A stretch of 57,883 nt of DNA from a virus (taxonomy: Duplodnaviria; Caudoviricetes), in the IMG/VR virus record IMGVR_UViG_3300035661_000073, positions 1 through 57,883 of that record, one strand, 5' to 3'. Under the pieces are notes generated by a model. The model saw nothing but the letters and a program-made list of their open reading frames with translations. It did not search any database and had not been told where the DNA came from. The number at the start of each line of letters is the position of its first letter. The first letter of the stretch is position 1. Positions 1 to 15,153 of this stretch are shown one piece after another. Both the position numbers and the translations under genes were made by a program.

Positions 1-4992
<4,992 letters not shown>

Positions 4993-4996
<4 letters not shown>

Positions 4997-7179
4997 GACG
5001 GACTCCCAGAAGGAACTCGGGTGATCGTGCGAATCACGAAGTCAGTGGCGAAGGTCGGATCATAGTTCTCGATCAGGTGCGTGTTCCCGTCCGGGCCTTG
5101 CAGGAGGGAAACCAGGGAAGCGGACGCCTTGCCTGTTCCCGTCAGCCCGTCCACCGGGGATGTTCCGATGGCGAAGCGCGGGAGAACTCCGGCGGTATCC
5201 GGGATCACGGCCAGGGAGGCATCGTAGAAGTTGAGACCATAGTCAGCACTGGCCGGGTTGGCATCCGTGGACCAGCCACCGACTCCCGGGACGAAGGCCA
5301 TGGCGTTGTTGAAGGACGCATTCGGGAAGGGGTGCTGGTAGAGCACTGCCTTGGTGGCGAGGTCGAAGGCGACGATCCGGCTGGTGCCCGCACCATCCGT
5401 GGCCACATAGTAGAGGACCCCGTTGACCACCCGCAGGGACTGGTTCGGGGCGTCCCCACCGACCAGCACCGAAAGGCTGGAGCAGAACACCGAGATGGCA
5501 CCAGCCTGGGTAACGCGCAGGATGTCCTGCCGGGTTGCCGAAGCCCACCGGGCGACGAACAGGTCCCCGCTGATTGGATCGATGGCCACATTGACGGCCG
5601 GGGTGGAGACCCCCGCACCGCCGGCATAGCCATTGATGTCGGCCACCTGGACATCCTTGCCCAGGTTGTTGAAGTCGATCCGCCATAGGTAATGCCAGTC
5701 CACGAAGAACACGGCCGAACCGTTGGTGCAGATGTCCATGACGTAGCTCAGGGGGTTGGTGTTGGGATCCCCGGCAATGTTCGAGATCACTCCCGCAGGG
5801 GTGACCTTCCAGACGATGTAGCCGTTGCTGGTGTCCCCAGTGTAGAAATTCTCGTCCAGGTCCATGGCCAGGCCGGCGAAGTTGTAGGGCGCCGTCTTCT
5901 CATCCGGGGTGTTGGCCAGGGCCAGGGTGTCGATGCGGAAGTGGAAGGCCGGGATGGACTCGATCTTCCGTGCCCATTCCTTGTTTTCGTTGGCCCATTG
6001 TTCGATCAGGTAGGTGGCCCCGCCCACCGTGGCCATCCCGAACTTGATGGAGTTGAGCCCGGACGACCGGCCGGTGCCGGCGGCATAGCCATCCACTGGG
6101 GTTGTGGCGGTGTTCCACACGGTGATCTTCTGGAAGGTGTCCTGGACCGTGCCGTCTGCGGCTTGCTGGTTCAGTCCATAGGTGGGGCTGGAACTGCGGT
6201 CGTTCTGAGCCCAGAACGACCCATCCGGCTGGAGGGCGAAGTTGAGAGCCAGGGCGTTCTGCCCCAGATCGACCGTAGCCACCAGCGTTCCGGTGGTCAG
6301 GTCGAAAGATTCCAGGGTACTCGCGCAATCCCCACCCTCGGCCGACGCGGTCAGCAGGTAGTAGAGCAGGCGGTCGGAGCCAACCTGGATCATCCCGCCA
6401 CTCTGGTAGAAGGTCGCATCCAGTAGGGTGATGTCGGTCACCAGGGGGGAAATCACCCCAGCCTGAGTCACCTTGAGGATGTCCCGATGATTGCCGCTGC
6501 GGTACCGGTAGACGAACAAGTCTCCCGTCTCAGGGTCAATGGTGATGGACTTGGCATCCGACTCACCGTTCCCACCCGAGTAGTCCCCCACGTCCGCGAC
6601 GGTGGTGAGCACCCCGGATGGATCCAGTTTCCAAACGTACTGCCAGTCGATGAAGAACAGGTTCCCGCCGGCATCAATGCAGACATCGTTGAACTTGGTG
6701 TCCCCGCCACTGATGGATTGGATCTGGGAGGTCTTGTCGGCCAGCACGTTGGCCATCCCGCCGAGCCGGTCCCGCCGCCAGAGGGTGTTGTAAACATCCC
6801 CACTGTTGTTCTCCCCCAGGTAGACATTCCCGGCGGCATCGACCGCCACGCCGGAATAGCCGCCACCAGGGGTCAGGGTGGTGATGAAGTAGCCGCCTCC
6901 CCCAAGGTAGGGGGGCGGGACATACACCCCGATCTCGCAGCGCAGCACCTTGATGGCGTCCATGGGGATGGTAACGCCCTTCATGGCCTCACCCCAGGGA
7001 CCGGTCACGTCGATGGTCGGCAGGTTCGGTTCGGTGTAGGTCAACCCCACCAGTCGCGCCGCCTGTTCCTGGGCCCACTGGACGGCCGCATCGACCTGGT
7101 CCTGGGTGAAGGCGAGGTTCGCCGGGCCCAGGGTGCCCAGGAGGGTGGCGAGGTCGTTCTTGATCTGCGCGTAGTTCAT
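4993..7179 (-). CDS. Adaptor-like N-terminal domain fused to two tandem NHL/SMP-30-type beta-propellers
   Basis: NHL-like 'GVAVDAAGNVY' and 'GLAMDLDENFYTGD'; an internal duplication of about 310 aa; N-terminus paralogous to 7176..7799. Confidence 0.7.
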
Positions 7180-7799
7180 CGCTGCACGGATATCTGCGCC
7201 AGGGGCAGGGGTCCCAGGCCCAGTTCGGTGGTGAAGATGGCGAACATCTTGGAGGCCATCTCCAGGTTCTTGACCTTGGTGGAAATCTGGTAGAGGTAGG
7301 CCGCCGCCGCATAGCGAAGGTGCTGGTGGAACTCGGGAGGGATGCGCGGGTCCGGCTCATCGGCCGGTTCCACCATCGGGGTCGGGATCTGGATGTAGCC
7401 GACCAGGATGGCCCCGGTCGAAGGGTCGCCGTTGAGCAGGATGGTCGCCCCGTCCTGCTGGATCCAGACCGACGGTTCGCCCTGGCGCGAACGCCAGTTC
7501 GGGTTCTTCATGTCCTCGGTCTGGAACGTGGATTCCATCAGCACCTTGCCCATGCCGAGCCTCCCGCCTATACAGTTCACGACCGACACCGCATCCGCCG
7601 GGATGGGCGCCTTCTTACTGGTGACCGTGGCCGGGGCCGTGACGTAGGTGAGCCCCAGCAGTTTGGCCACCTGACCCGCGCCCCAGTTCAGGGCCGCATC
7701 GGTCCAGTCCCAGGACCCGCCTGGCCAGAAGGTCAGGTCGAAGGCCATGCCCCCGACCAGTTCCCGGGTCGCCAGGCGGAGGTCCGAGAGGGCGGTCAC
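7176..7799 (-). CDS. Head-tail adaptor-like protein
   Basis: 'LSDLRLATREL', 'DAALNW' and 'PRIPPEFHQHLRYAAAAY' are typical of podovirus adaptor proteins; lies in the virion operon. Confidence 0.65.
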   Translation of the reverse strand: MTALSDLRLATRELVGGMAFDLTFWPGGSWDWTDAALNWGAGQVAKLLGLTYVTAPATVTSKKAPIPADAVSVVNCIGGRLGMGKVLMESTFQTEDMKNPNWRSRQGEPSVWIQQDGATILLNGDPSTGAILVGYIQIPTPMVEPADEPDPRIPPEFHQHLRYAAAAYLYQISTKVKNLEMASKMFAIFTTELGLGPLPLAQISVQR

Positions 7800-9079
7800 A
7801 GCCAGCCCCAGGCGGAAAGCAGGTCACGGTCCTTGTGCCACTTGTGGCCGATGTCGGTGCGGTAGAATGCGTCCGCCAGGGACACCGACTTCACCTTCTG
7901 GTACACGTCGTCCTTGGCTTCCTCGTAGGTCATCCCCTTGCCGACGCAGACGCAGGCATAGCCGCTGTTGCCGGCCAGCATGTAGCGGTTGTCGATCTTC
8001 TTCACATCGGCCAGGTAGATGCCGCCCAGGCTCGGATCCTTGAACTCCAGTTCCTTGTCGGCGGAATATTTCTTGAACGATTCCGGGTCCTCGTAGGGGA
8101 AGGGCGCGGTGGCGATCACCACGCATATCTGCACCCCGCTTTCGGTGTCCAAGCGGAACTTCTTGCCGCTGCCCAGGGCATCGAAGAAGTCCCCGAGCGG
8201 GCTCTTGATCCCCTCCATCTGGAGCCAGATGGTCGGCACCCCGAACCTGGGCGTGAACTCCAGGGGGTAGACCGCGTCCTTGGTGGCGATGCAGTTGATG
8301 TCCAGGTAGCCGCTGTAGCCAGACGCCCGCACCGCCGCGACCATCTTGCCCAGGGTCTCGTCGTAGAGCCGGCAATGGTCGGTCCAGAAGCCCGTGGTCC
8401 CCATCTCTCCGGTGTTGGGGCCCAGGTCGTTGTTCATCATCTTCTTGTATTCGAAGTTGACGAAGCACGGCGAGATCGCTTCCTTGCCGTTGAACCAGGC
8501 GCCCACGGCCACCTCCACCCCTTTGGCGAAGGTCTGCACCTGGATCTCGTGGATCTTGGAACCCCACTTCTTCTGGTAGTTCTCCAGCATGGCGACGATG
8601 TCGGAGCCGTCCTCGCTCTTGCCCACGTAGGTCAGGGCCTTCTCGTCCTGGGCCTTGCCGCTCGGCTTGATCACGTAGCGGCCGGGGTTCTTCTGGACAA
8701 ACGCCACGGCGTCCTTGATGCTGCGGAAATTCCAGTCGGGCAGGACGGTCATGCCGGCCTTCTTCATCTCCTCGGCGCCGAAGCCCCGGTCCATCTCCAG
8801 CCGGTCGGAGTAGGGGCATGGCCCCACCACCGCCTTGCCCATCTGGCGCAGGCCATCGGCCACCTTGCCGAAGGTGGCGTCATCGAAGATGATCAGGTCG
8901 GCCCAGGCGACGTGGGGTTCCCAGGCGTTGACCTTGGTAATCAGCCCGTCGTTGATGTCCCGGCTGTGCGGGTCCTTGATGTAGAACTTGACCGGGTTGC
9001 CTTCCCCCAGGAACCGGTGGCACAGTTCGCCGCTCACTCCAAAATGGGAGATCACCAGGATGTTGCGGCGGTGGGCCAT
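7796..9079 (-). CDS. purD: PurD-like (phosphoribosylamine--glycine ligase family) ATP-grasp protein
   Basis: 'RLEMDRGF', 'YVIKPSG', 'EYKK...GPNTGEMG', 'LEFTPRFG' and 'FYRTDIG' match the GAR synthetase family (archaeal/CPR-like subtype). ATG at 9079 follows the upstream stop. Confidence 0.7.
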   Translation of the reverse strand: MAHRRNILVISHFGVSGELCHRFLGEGNPVKFYIKDPHSRDINDGLITKVNAWEPHVAWADLIIFDDATFGKVADGLRQMGKAVVGPCPYSDRLEMDRGFGAEEMKKAGMTVLPDWNFRSIKDAVAFVQKNPGRYVIKPSGKAQDEKALTYVGKSEDGSDIVAMLENYQKKWGSKIHEIQVQTFAKGVEVAVGAWFNGKEAISPCFVNFEYKKMMNNDLGPNTGEMGTTGFWTDHCRLYDETLGKMVAAVRASGYSGYLDINCIATKDAVYPLEFTPRFGVPTIWLQMEGIKSPLGDFFDALGSGKKFRLDTESGVQICVVIATAPFPYEDPESFKKYSADKELEFKDPSLGGIYLADVKKIDNRYMLAGNSGYACVCVGKGMTYEEAKDDVYQKVKSVSLADAFYRTDIGHKWHKDRDLLSAWGWL

Positions 9080-9081
9080 GA

Positions 9082-9843
9082 TCAGTACCCCAAGGTATCG
9101 TTGCTCATGAACCGGGTCCAACGCTGCGCCCGCTTCGGGTGCGTCGATCCCCGGTGGTAGCCCATGTCACCGATCAGCGTGATGCCACGCAGGCCGGCGG
9201 CGATGGACAGGAACGCGTTCTCCGAGTCGGCCGCCGCATTGGGATCTCGGCCCGGCCCGGGGAGGCGGTAGAAGTGAGCGAGGGCGCCTTCCACCAGGGC
9301 GTCCTCGAACTCGTGGCTGAAGTGGACTCCGTCAAAGTCGCCAGTGGGTTGGTACGCGACTTTGGCCCGGATCTGGGTGTCCACCATGGGTGGTCGGTTG
9401 GGCCGGAAACGGCCGTGATCCGAGGTGAAGGCCCGCATGACGCCATCGGATGGAACCAGGTGGTGGCCTACCGATTCCAGCGCCTGCTGGTTGTAGGGCA
9501 CCAACTTGGACCATTGGCCGGTCACCGGGTCCTGGTATTCAGCCTGGAAGATGTAGAGCGACTCCCTGGCCTGGGATGAATCGGAACCCTCCCAGGTGGA
9601 GGTATCGACGGTCGTGATGGAACCGTCGTCCGCCACCAGGTCGGTGGAGATGGCGCCCGGCTGGGAATAGGGCTCCACCGCCAAAGCCCCGGCCGGCAGG
9701 GTGAAGATCACGATCTCCTGGAGCGCCAGGGTTTCGGAAGCCAGCCGTCGCGCCCCGATCTGGAATGCGAGTTGCCCGTCCCGTCCCTTCTTGTCGCTCC
9801 GCATGGATTCGATGCGGTCTCGGATCTGGTCGTACCGGATCAT
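9082..9843 (-). CDS. Putative head-tail adaptor protein
   Basis: 'FEDALVEGALAHFYRLPG' C-terminal adaptor-like motif; downstream of the major capsid gene. Confidence 0.55.
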   Translation of the reverse strand: MIRYDQIRDRIESMRSDKKGRDGQLAFQIGARRLASETLALQEIVIFTLPAGALAVEPYSQPGAISTDLVADDGSITTVDTSTWEGSDSSQARESLYIFQAEYQDPVTGQWSKLVPYNQQALESVGHHLVPSDGVMRAFTSDHGRFRPNRPPMVDTQIRAKVAYQPTGDFDGVHFSHEFEDALVEGALAHFYRLPGPGRDPNAAADSENAFLSIAAGLRGITLIGDMGYHRGSTHPKRAQRWTRFMSNDTLGY

Positions 9844-9847
9844 GGTG

Positions 9848-10285
9848 TTACTCCCCGCTGGCGGCGGCCATCTGGACGCCTTCCTCCTTGGCTTTCAGGA
9901 TCCCCAGGATGGTGACCTTGGCCTTGGCGGACGGCTTGACGCCGAACCGCTTGGCGATGGTGGCCAGGTCATCCTCGTTGAGACCCATCAGATATTCCTG
10001 GGTGATCTCCCCGAAGGTCACGCCGGCCAGGAACGCCCGGCCCTCGGGGGTGTTCTCCTTGATCAGGCGGCCACCCTCCTGGGGGTTCTTGGCCACTCGC
10101 ATGACCATGCGGTGCCAGATCCATGGCTTGGGCCGGCCGTCCAGTCCCACCTGCTCCATCGGGTAGTCGGAGCGCCGGAGGGGCGGGTTGCCGTTGTCGA
10201 AGACGATGGCGATGGTCTGCCGGGCGTCCTCGATGTAGTCTTTCTGCATTCCTTTGTTGCCGATCATCAGGGGCATCAGAGACAC
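9848..10285 (-). CDS. Hypothetical protein with C-terminal Rho_N-like helical motif
   Basis: GAGG RBS overlapping the GTG start region; 'LNEDDLATIAKRFGVKPSAKAKVTILGIL'. Confidence 0.6.
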   Translation of the reverse strand: MSLMPLMIGNKGMQKDYIEDARQTIAIVFDNGNPPLRRSDYPMEQVGLDGRPKPWIWHRMVMRVAKNPQEGGRLIKENTPEGRAFLAGVTFGEITQEYLMGLNEDDLATIAKRFGVKPSAKAKVTILGILKAKEEGVQMAAASGE

Positions 10286-10288
10286 CTC

Positions 10289-10337
10289 AAAAAAGGGCGG
10301 GCCCGGGGCGTGACACTTGCCACCCCCGGGGACCGCC
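10289..10337 (-). terminator. Rho-independent terminator after the major capsid gene
   Basis: Long GC hairpin (ggcgg..ccccgggggtggca/tgtcacgccccggg..ccgcc) followed by T6 on the minus strand. Confidence 0.7.
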
Positions 10338-10347
10338 GGGTGGGCTG

Positions 10348-11316
10348 CTACGCGACCTTCAAGGGCATGGCGCCCATGTAGCGGGAGTCGGACAGGCCGA
10401 ACCCAAACACGTCAAGCTGGCGCATACCACGGCTGAACTTGGTCTGCATCTTGAAGCCGATCTCGGTCTCCATGAGCTGGCGGATGAAGCCGAGGCCGTT
10501 CTGGTGGCCCAGGATGCACTGGGCGATGTTGGTCTGGCCGCCGTAGGGCCCGGTCGGGATGGCGTCCGACACGATGATGTCGAAGCCGGCCACGCGGATG
10601 CCGAAGTCGCCGTCCTCGATGGCCTTCTTGTTCTGCTCGCCGTTGATCTGGTAGGTGAACTGGTCGCACATCATCAGGATCATTTCCACGTCGCTGTTGA
10701 CGATGGCGTAGCGGCCCTTGCGCGGGATGGCCATCTGGTTGTACGCCTTCCGGGCGGCCAGGAACTGGTGGATGATGTACTCGGCCGCGTTGGTCTTGCT
10801 GGTGCTGGACACAAAGGTCGGCACGGTCGGGTTGTAGGCCACGGTCCCGGGGGTCTGGCCCTCGTAGGACATGGTGCTGGCGCCGTAGATGGTGGTGATC
10901 AGGCCGGCGATGACGGTGAGGTACTCGTTCTCGGCGTGGGCGTCGGCCATCATCCGGGCCAGGTTGGACACCAGGGGAAGGTTGATCTCCTTGATGTCGA
11001 TCGGGTCGATGGTGGGGTACGCGTAGAAGGCGTTGTCCACGGTGATGGCGAAGTTGTTGCCGGTCACGGTCTCCGGGACGATGTCCATGTTGACGGTGTA
11101 GGGCGACACGGTGGGCGGGTTGAGGACGCGGAAGGTGATCTGGTCACCGAAGTTCTCCAACTTCTTCAGCGCCTCGGTGTTGGAGATCTTGCCCAGGAAC
11201 GATTCCCGGCGCATGACATCCATGGCCAGCCCTTCCACGATGTTCTCGATCAGGAGGGCCTGGGACGCGGCGGGAATGCCGGTGTTGGCGGTGGGGACGG
11301 TGCGACCGATAGCCAT
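10348..11316 (-). CDS. Major capsid protein (HK97 fold, P22/T7-like)
   Basis: 322 aa with strong codon bias and an AAGGA RBS; 'FGDQITF', 'VDNAFY', 'IPRKGRYAIV', 'IRVAGFDIIVS', 'RQLDVFG'; follows the scaffold gene. Confidence 0.85.
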   Translation of the reverse strand: MAIGRTVPTANTGIPAASQALLIENIVEGLAMDVMRRESFLGKISNTEALKKLENFGDQITFRVLNPPTVSPYTVNMDIVPETVTGNNFAITVDNAFYAYPTIDPIDIKEINLPLVSNLARMMADAHAENEYLTVIAGLITTIYGASTMSYEGQTPGTVAYNPTVPTFVSSTSKTNAAEYIIHQFLAARKAYNQMAIPRKGRYAIVNSDVEMILMMCDQFTYQINGEQNKKAIEDGDFGIRVAGFDIIVSDAIPTGPYGGQTNIAQCILGHQNGLGFIRQLMETEIGFKMQTKFSRGMRQLDVFGFGLSDSRYMGAMPLKVA

Positions 11317-11363
11317 GATGAATTCCTTTCATCTGTGAGGAGCCGACCCCGGCGCGGACGGAC

Positions 11364-12479
11364 TTAGAAAGTCTTGCCGCTGTGCCAGGCGGAAAAATCG
11401 GTGCCTGGAAGGGTCAGTTCGAGTCGTTTCAGGTAGGTTGGGTCCCCGCCGGCCAACTTTTCCCGGACGTAGTCCGGATCCAGTTCGGCCTGGGAAAGCG
11501 GGGTGAGCCTTTCGCTCGGGGGCCGCTGCGGCTCACGGGAAGGCTCGGGGAGGGCCCCGCCGCTGCGAAGCGAGGGGGAGGTGGGCATCCGGCGCGGGGC
11601 GGCCGGGGCGGTGCCACCGTTCAGGCCCAGGTCCACGTTGGCGTCGCGGGAGAACTCCCGGAGGATTTCCAGGGCGTCCTCGGGCGTGTAGTTGCTGGTG
11701 TTCTGCAACACGTCCACGTACATCCTTCGCTTGACCGGGGGGCGGGCGCCCATCCAGTCCAGGAAGGTCGGGTCCTGCATCAGGGCGTCCACCTTGGCCT
11801 TGGGGACCACGGCGTAGATGCCTTTTTCGACTTCCTCACGGCGCGTCTTGGCGAAATACTCACCCAGCCGCTGGGTGATCCCCTGGGTCTGCTCGCGCAG
11901 GCTGGAGACCATCTTGTAGAGCGGGGCGACGATGGCCTGCATGACCTGGACGGCTTCCGTCTGGTTCTCCTTCCAGTCGGCCAGGACTTCGGCCGAGGCC
12001 GGGTCGAGGTCGTCGGGCAGGACACCCACGGTCGCTTGCAGGGCGGCCATCTGCTGGAGCTTCTGGTCGATGTCGGCCAGTTTCTGGTCCAGCGCCAGAT
12101 TCTCCGCCTTCAGCCGCGCTTCCATCTTGCCCAACTGTCGCTGGGCCTCCCGGGCATCGGCTTCGCGCTTCTCCAGCCCTTTCGCCTTCGGGTCGGTGTC
12201 GCCGGTCGCGTCGCCCTCGTCCTCTGCTGGCAGGTCGCCAGGAAGGGGTTCGGGGTTCAGGTCGTCGTCTTCGAGCCGGTCGAAGGGGTCCTTCACGGGC
12301 GCCGGCAGCTCGCCTTCGGTGCCGTCATCCACGACGGGAACCTGGGACGGGGCATCCTGGCCCTGGAACGGGTTGCCAACGGGGTTCCCCTGAGCGTCGA
12401 AGGTGATGCCTTGCGACTTGAGGAAGTCAAGGGTGGCCTTGTCGTTGGGCTGCTCCACTGGTTTGAAAACCTTGCTCAT
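11364..12479 (-). CDS. Capsid scaffolding protein
   Basis: Acidic N-terminus, coiled coil, 'DPTFLDW'; lies between portal and capsid genes; AGGAG RBS before ATG 12479. Confidence 0.7.
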   Translation of the reverse strand: MSKVFKPVEQPNDKATLDFLKSQGITFDAQGNPVGNPFQGQDAPSQVPVVDDGTEGELPAPVKDPFDRLEDDDLNPEPLPGDLPAEDEGDATGDTDPKAKGLEKREADAREAQRQLGKMEARLKAENLALDQKLADIDQKLQQMAALQATVGVLPDDLDPASAEVLADWKENQTEAVQVMQAIVAPLYKMVSSLREQTQGITQRLGEYFAKTRREEVEKGIYAVVPKAKVDALMQDPTFLDWMGARPPVKRRMYVDVLQNTSNYTPEDALEILREFSRDANVDLGLNGGTAPAAPRRMPTSPSLRSGGALPEPSREPQRPPSERLTPLSQAELDPDYVREKLAGGDPTYLKRLELTLPGTDFSAWHSGKTF

Positions 12480-12537
12480 GTGTGCTCCTGGCCCTCGGGG
12501 ACCGGCGCTATGCCGGCGACCCATGGTGGGGGCAAAT

Positions 12538-12810
12538 TCACTGCTTCATTTCCAAGATCTCCCCAGGGATGGACAGCAGCGTGTAGAGCACCTGGGCGGT
12601 GCCCTGGATGCGCTGGCCGTCCCGGGCGATGTCGCACTCGCGCAGTTCTTCCATGGTTTCCAGGTACATGTGCTCCAGCAGCCGGTGGAAGGCCGGCGCG
12701 TCCCGGAACATCACGGCCGCTTCGCCGGGGTCCAGGCCGTACTTGCTGATGAAGTCCTCCACCAGGGCTTGCCGGGTGGCTTGGGCCATGTCTTCGGGAG
12801 CCGGGGCCAT
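12538..12810 (-). CDS. Small hypothetical protein between portal and scaffold (90 aa)
   Basis: MAPAPEDMAQATRQ...; start overlaps the portal stop; helical '..RIQG' pattern typical of this syntenic position. Confidence 0.65.
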   Translation of the reverse strand: MAPAPEDMAQATRQALVEDFISKYGLDPGEAAVMFRDAPAFHRLLEHMYLETMEELRECDIARDGQRIQGTAQVLYTLLSIPGEILEMKQ

Positions 12811-15050
12811 CACATGCCTCCCATGGGTGGCGGCGGGGCGCCTGGCTGGGGTTGCTGGGCCTTGGCGTCCGGGGACACCTCGCCGGGATTGGTGGCCGGG
12901 GCCGGGGCTTCCAGCACCGCCGTCTCCTGGGCATCCGCCACGCCCATGGCCTGATACTGCTGGGCCAGCATCTTGGCCCAGATGGCGAACGAGACGGCCA
13001 TCTTGTCGTCCCATTCCCCGAACCGCTTGGCCACCTTCTCGGTGACCGGGATGAGGAAGGGCGGCGGGACCCCGTTCTTGGCGATGGCCATGCCCTGTTT
13101 GAACATCTCCAGGAGGGCGTCGTCCTTGGACGACTGGGCCTTGAACTTGGCCCCCGGCGACTGGCCGGCTTCCTCCATCACTTCCTTCTTCTTGGCTTCC
13201 AGGGCCATCTTCTCGGTGTGTTGCTGGGCCGTCAGGACCGCCTTCTCCGACTCGATGCCCATGCCTTCCGAAATGATCTCCAGGAACCCGATCTCGTCCA
13301 TCCATCCGGGCAGGCCGAACTGGTGGATGTCCCTGAAGAAATCCTTGGCCTTGCGCCCGACGATCTCCCGGCGCAGGGCGCCGCGCACTCCGTGGACCTG
13401 GAGATCGGCTTCGACCTGGAACTTTTCGGGGTTCTCGTAGTACTCCAGGATCCATGCCTTGCAGTCGCGCAGGAACGGCTTCCAGAAGTAGCGGTCGAAG
13501 TTGCCGACCACGTCCTTGATAAACTCCTCCAAGCTGTCCCAAAGCTGGTTCATCATCGAATCGGTGCGAACCCCGGAGCCCATGTCCTGGCCGTTCGCCA
13601 TCTCCAGGAACCCGGTGCAAATCGGGACCATGCTCTCGAAGGTCTTGAAGGTCGCCAGGAGTTGGTCCAGGTTGCTCGGCACGGTGAAGAAGTCCACAGG
13701 CTTGTGGTTGGCGGTGTCGTCCTTGCGCCCCTTGCGCCGATAGATCCAGGTCTTGCGCCCCTGGATGGTGAGATCCTTGTTCTCCACCATGCCGGCGTCG
13801 ATGGCCACCTGGAAGCCGCTGGTGTCGGTCAGGGCGTCATCGATGCTGCGGGTGATGTTGGTCAGCATCTCGACACATTCCAGCGCCGACTCGCCGGCCC
13901 CCACCCCGAAGATCGAGCACGGGTCGCGGCGGAACGGGATGAAGTAGACCGGGATCTTGGTCGGCTGGAAGGTGCGCTTGGCCACCTTGAGCACCCGCTT
14001 GTCGCAGAACCAGATCTCCCAGATCTGGTCGGTCAGGGCCTTCTTCTCGTCGTCATCGAGCCCCTTCAGGTCATCGTTGTCCGGGAACTTCTGGCCCAGG
14101 GTCTCCAGCGCGTCTGCGGTCAGGACTCCAATCCGCATCCACACACAGTAGCCAGACATGGCTCCACCGCTGACGTTGGTGGGCTGGGGAACCAACTCCC
14201 AACGCTTGAGGTTCTGGGCCCAGTTCCCGTGCTCACCCAAATCCTCCAGCAGTCCGGCCAGTTCGGACTTGATGAAGGACGGGTCCTCTTGGAGCGCCCG
14301 GATCTGGTGCCGGGAGAAGATGTTGTGGAAGTGGACGTATTCGAGGGACTGGGGTTTCTTGGCGTTCGGGTCCGGGTAGACCCGCTTGGGGTCGTAGATT
14401 TCCCACATCGGCTTGCGGTCATCGGCGGACTCCACGGTCTCGTTGCCGTCCTGCCAGCGCAGGCGGGGCTGGGAGATGCGGATGGGGCCGTAGGCCACCG
14501 CGCAACCCAGGTTCGACATGTACTCGCACATGTCGTCCAGGTTGTTTTCGTTGTCCATGGCCTCCTGGATGTCCTCGATCTCCTCCTTGAGGGCCGCCAC
14601 CTTGGCCTTCTCCTCCTCGGAGGATTCCCCGCGCTTGTGCCGGGGGGAGGGCTGGATATCCCAGGGCCGCCCGTGGATTGGGCAGACGTGCTTGAACAGT
14701 TTGGCCTTGCCGATCTGGGTGATGCGCGGCAGGCGCCGGTAGAAGAAGGTGCTTTCGGTGTAGCCGGCCGGGGGCGGGTTCACATCCTTGCCGGCCAGGT
14801 ACTTCTCCACCTTGATCCAGGCTTTTTCCTTCTCGCGCCGGCCCCAGTCGGCCAGGTCGATCTCGGCGTTGAACTGGCCGATCAGACGCTTGACCGCGTC
14901 CACCTCGGGGGCATCCTGTTGAGGTTCCTCGCCTATCGACGGGTCTTCCGGGGGCTTGCTGTTTGGTCCGTAGAACGGCGCCGTGAATTCTCCCAACCCC
15001 GGTGCGATCACCGGCAATCGGGCGGGCGCCATCGAATTCAGACCCGGCAT
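12810..15050 (-). CDS. Portal protein
   Basis: About 746 aa directly after terL; 'DPKRVYPDP', 'IPFRRDPCSIFGVG', Pro/Gln-rich tail; GGAG RBS. Confidence 0.85.
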   Translation of the reverse strand: MPGLNSMAPARLPVIAPGLGEFTAPFYGPNSKPPEDPSIGEEPQQDAPEVDAVKRLIGQFNAEIDLADWGRREKEKAWIKVEKYLAGKDVNPPPAGYTESTFFYRRLPRITQIGKAKLFKHVCPIHGRPWDIQPSPRHKRGESSEEEKAKVAALKEEIEDIQEAMDNENNLDDMCEYMSNLGCAVAYGPIRISQPRLRWQDGNETVESADDRKPMWEIYDPKRVYPDPNAKKPQSLEYVHFHNIFSRHQIRALQEDPSFIKSELAGLLEDLGEHGNWAQNLKRWELVPQPTNVSGGAMSGYCVWMRIGVLTADALETLGQKFPDNDDLKGLDDDEKKALTDQIWEIWFCDKRVLKVAKRTFQPTKIPVYFIPFRRDPCSIFGVGAGESALECVEMLTNITRSIDDALTDTSGFQVAIDAGMVENKDLTIQGRKTWIYRRKGRKDDTANHKPVDFFTVPSNLDQLLATFKTFESMVPICTGFLEMANGQDMGSGVRTDSMMNQLWDSLEEFIKDVVGNFDRYFWKPFLRDCKAWILEYYENPEKFQVEADLQVHGVRGALRREIVGRKAKDFFRDIHQFGLPGWMDEIGFLEIISEGMGIESEKAVLTAQQHTEKMALEAKKKEVMEEAGQSPGAKFKAQSSKDDALLEMFKQGMAIAKNGVPPPFLIPVTEKVAKRFGEWDDKMAVSFAIWAKMLAQQYQAMGVADAQETAVLEAPAPATNPGEVSPDAKAQQPQPGAPPPPMGGM

Positions 15051-15153
15051 CGCTTCTCCCTGGAGATGGGACGCTTGGCCCCTTGACACTTTCAGAGTGT
15101 GTACTTTTTAGTCATCGGTCAAATTTTTCTTCTGATCAAATAGGTTTACCCAA

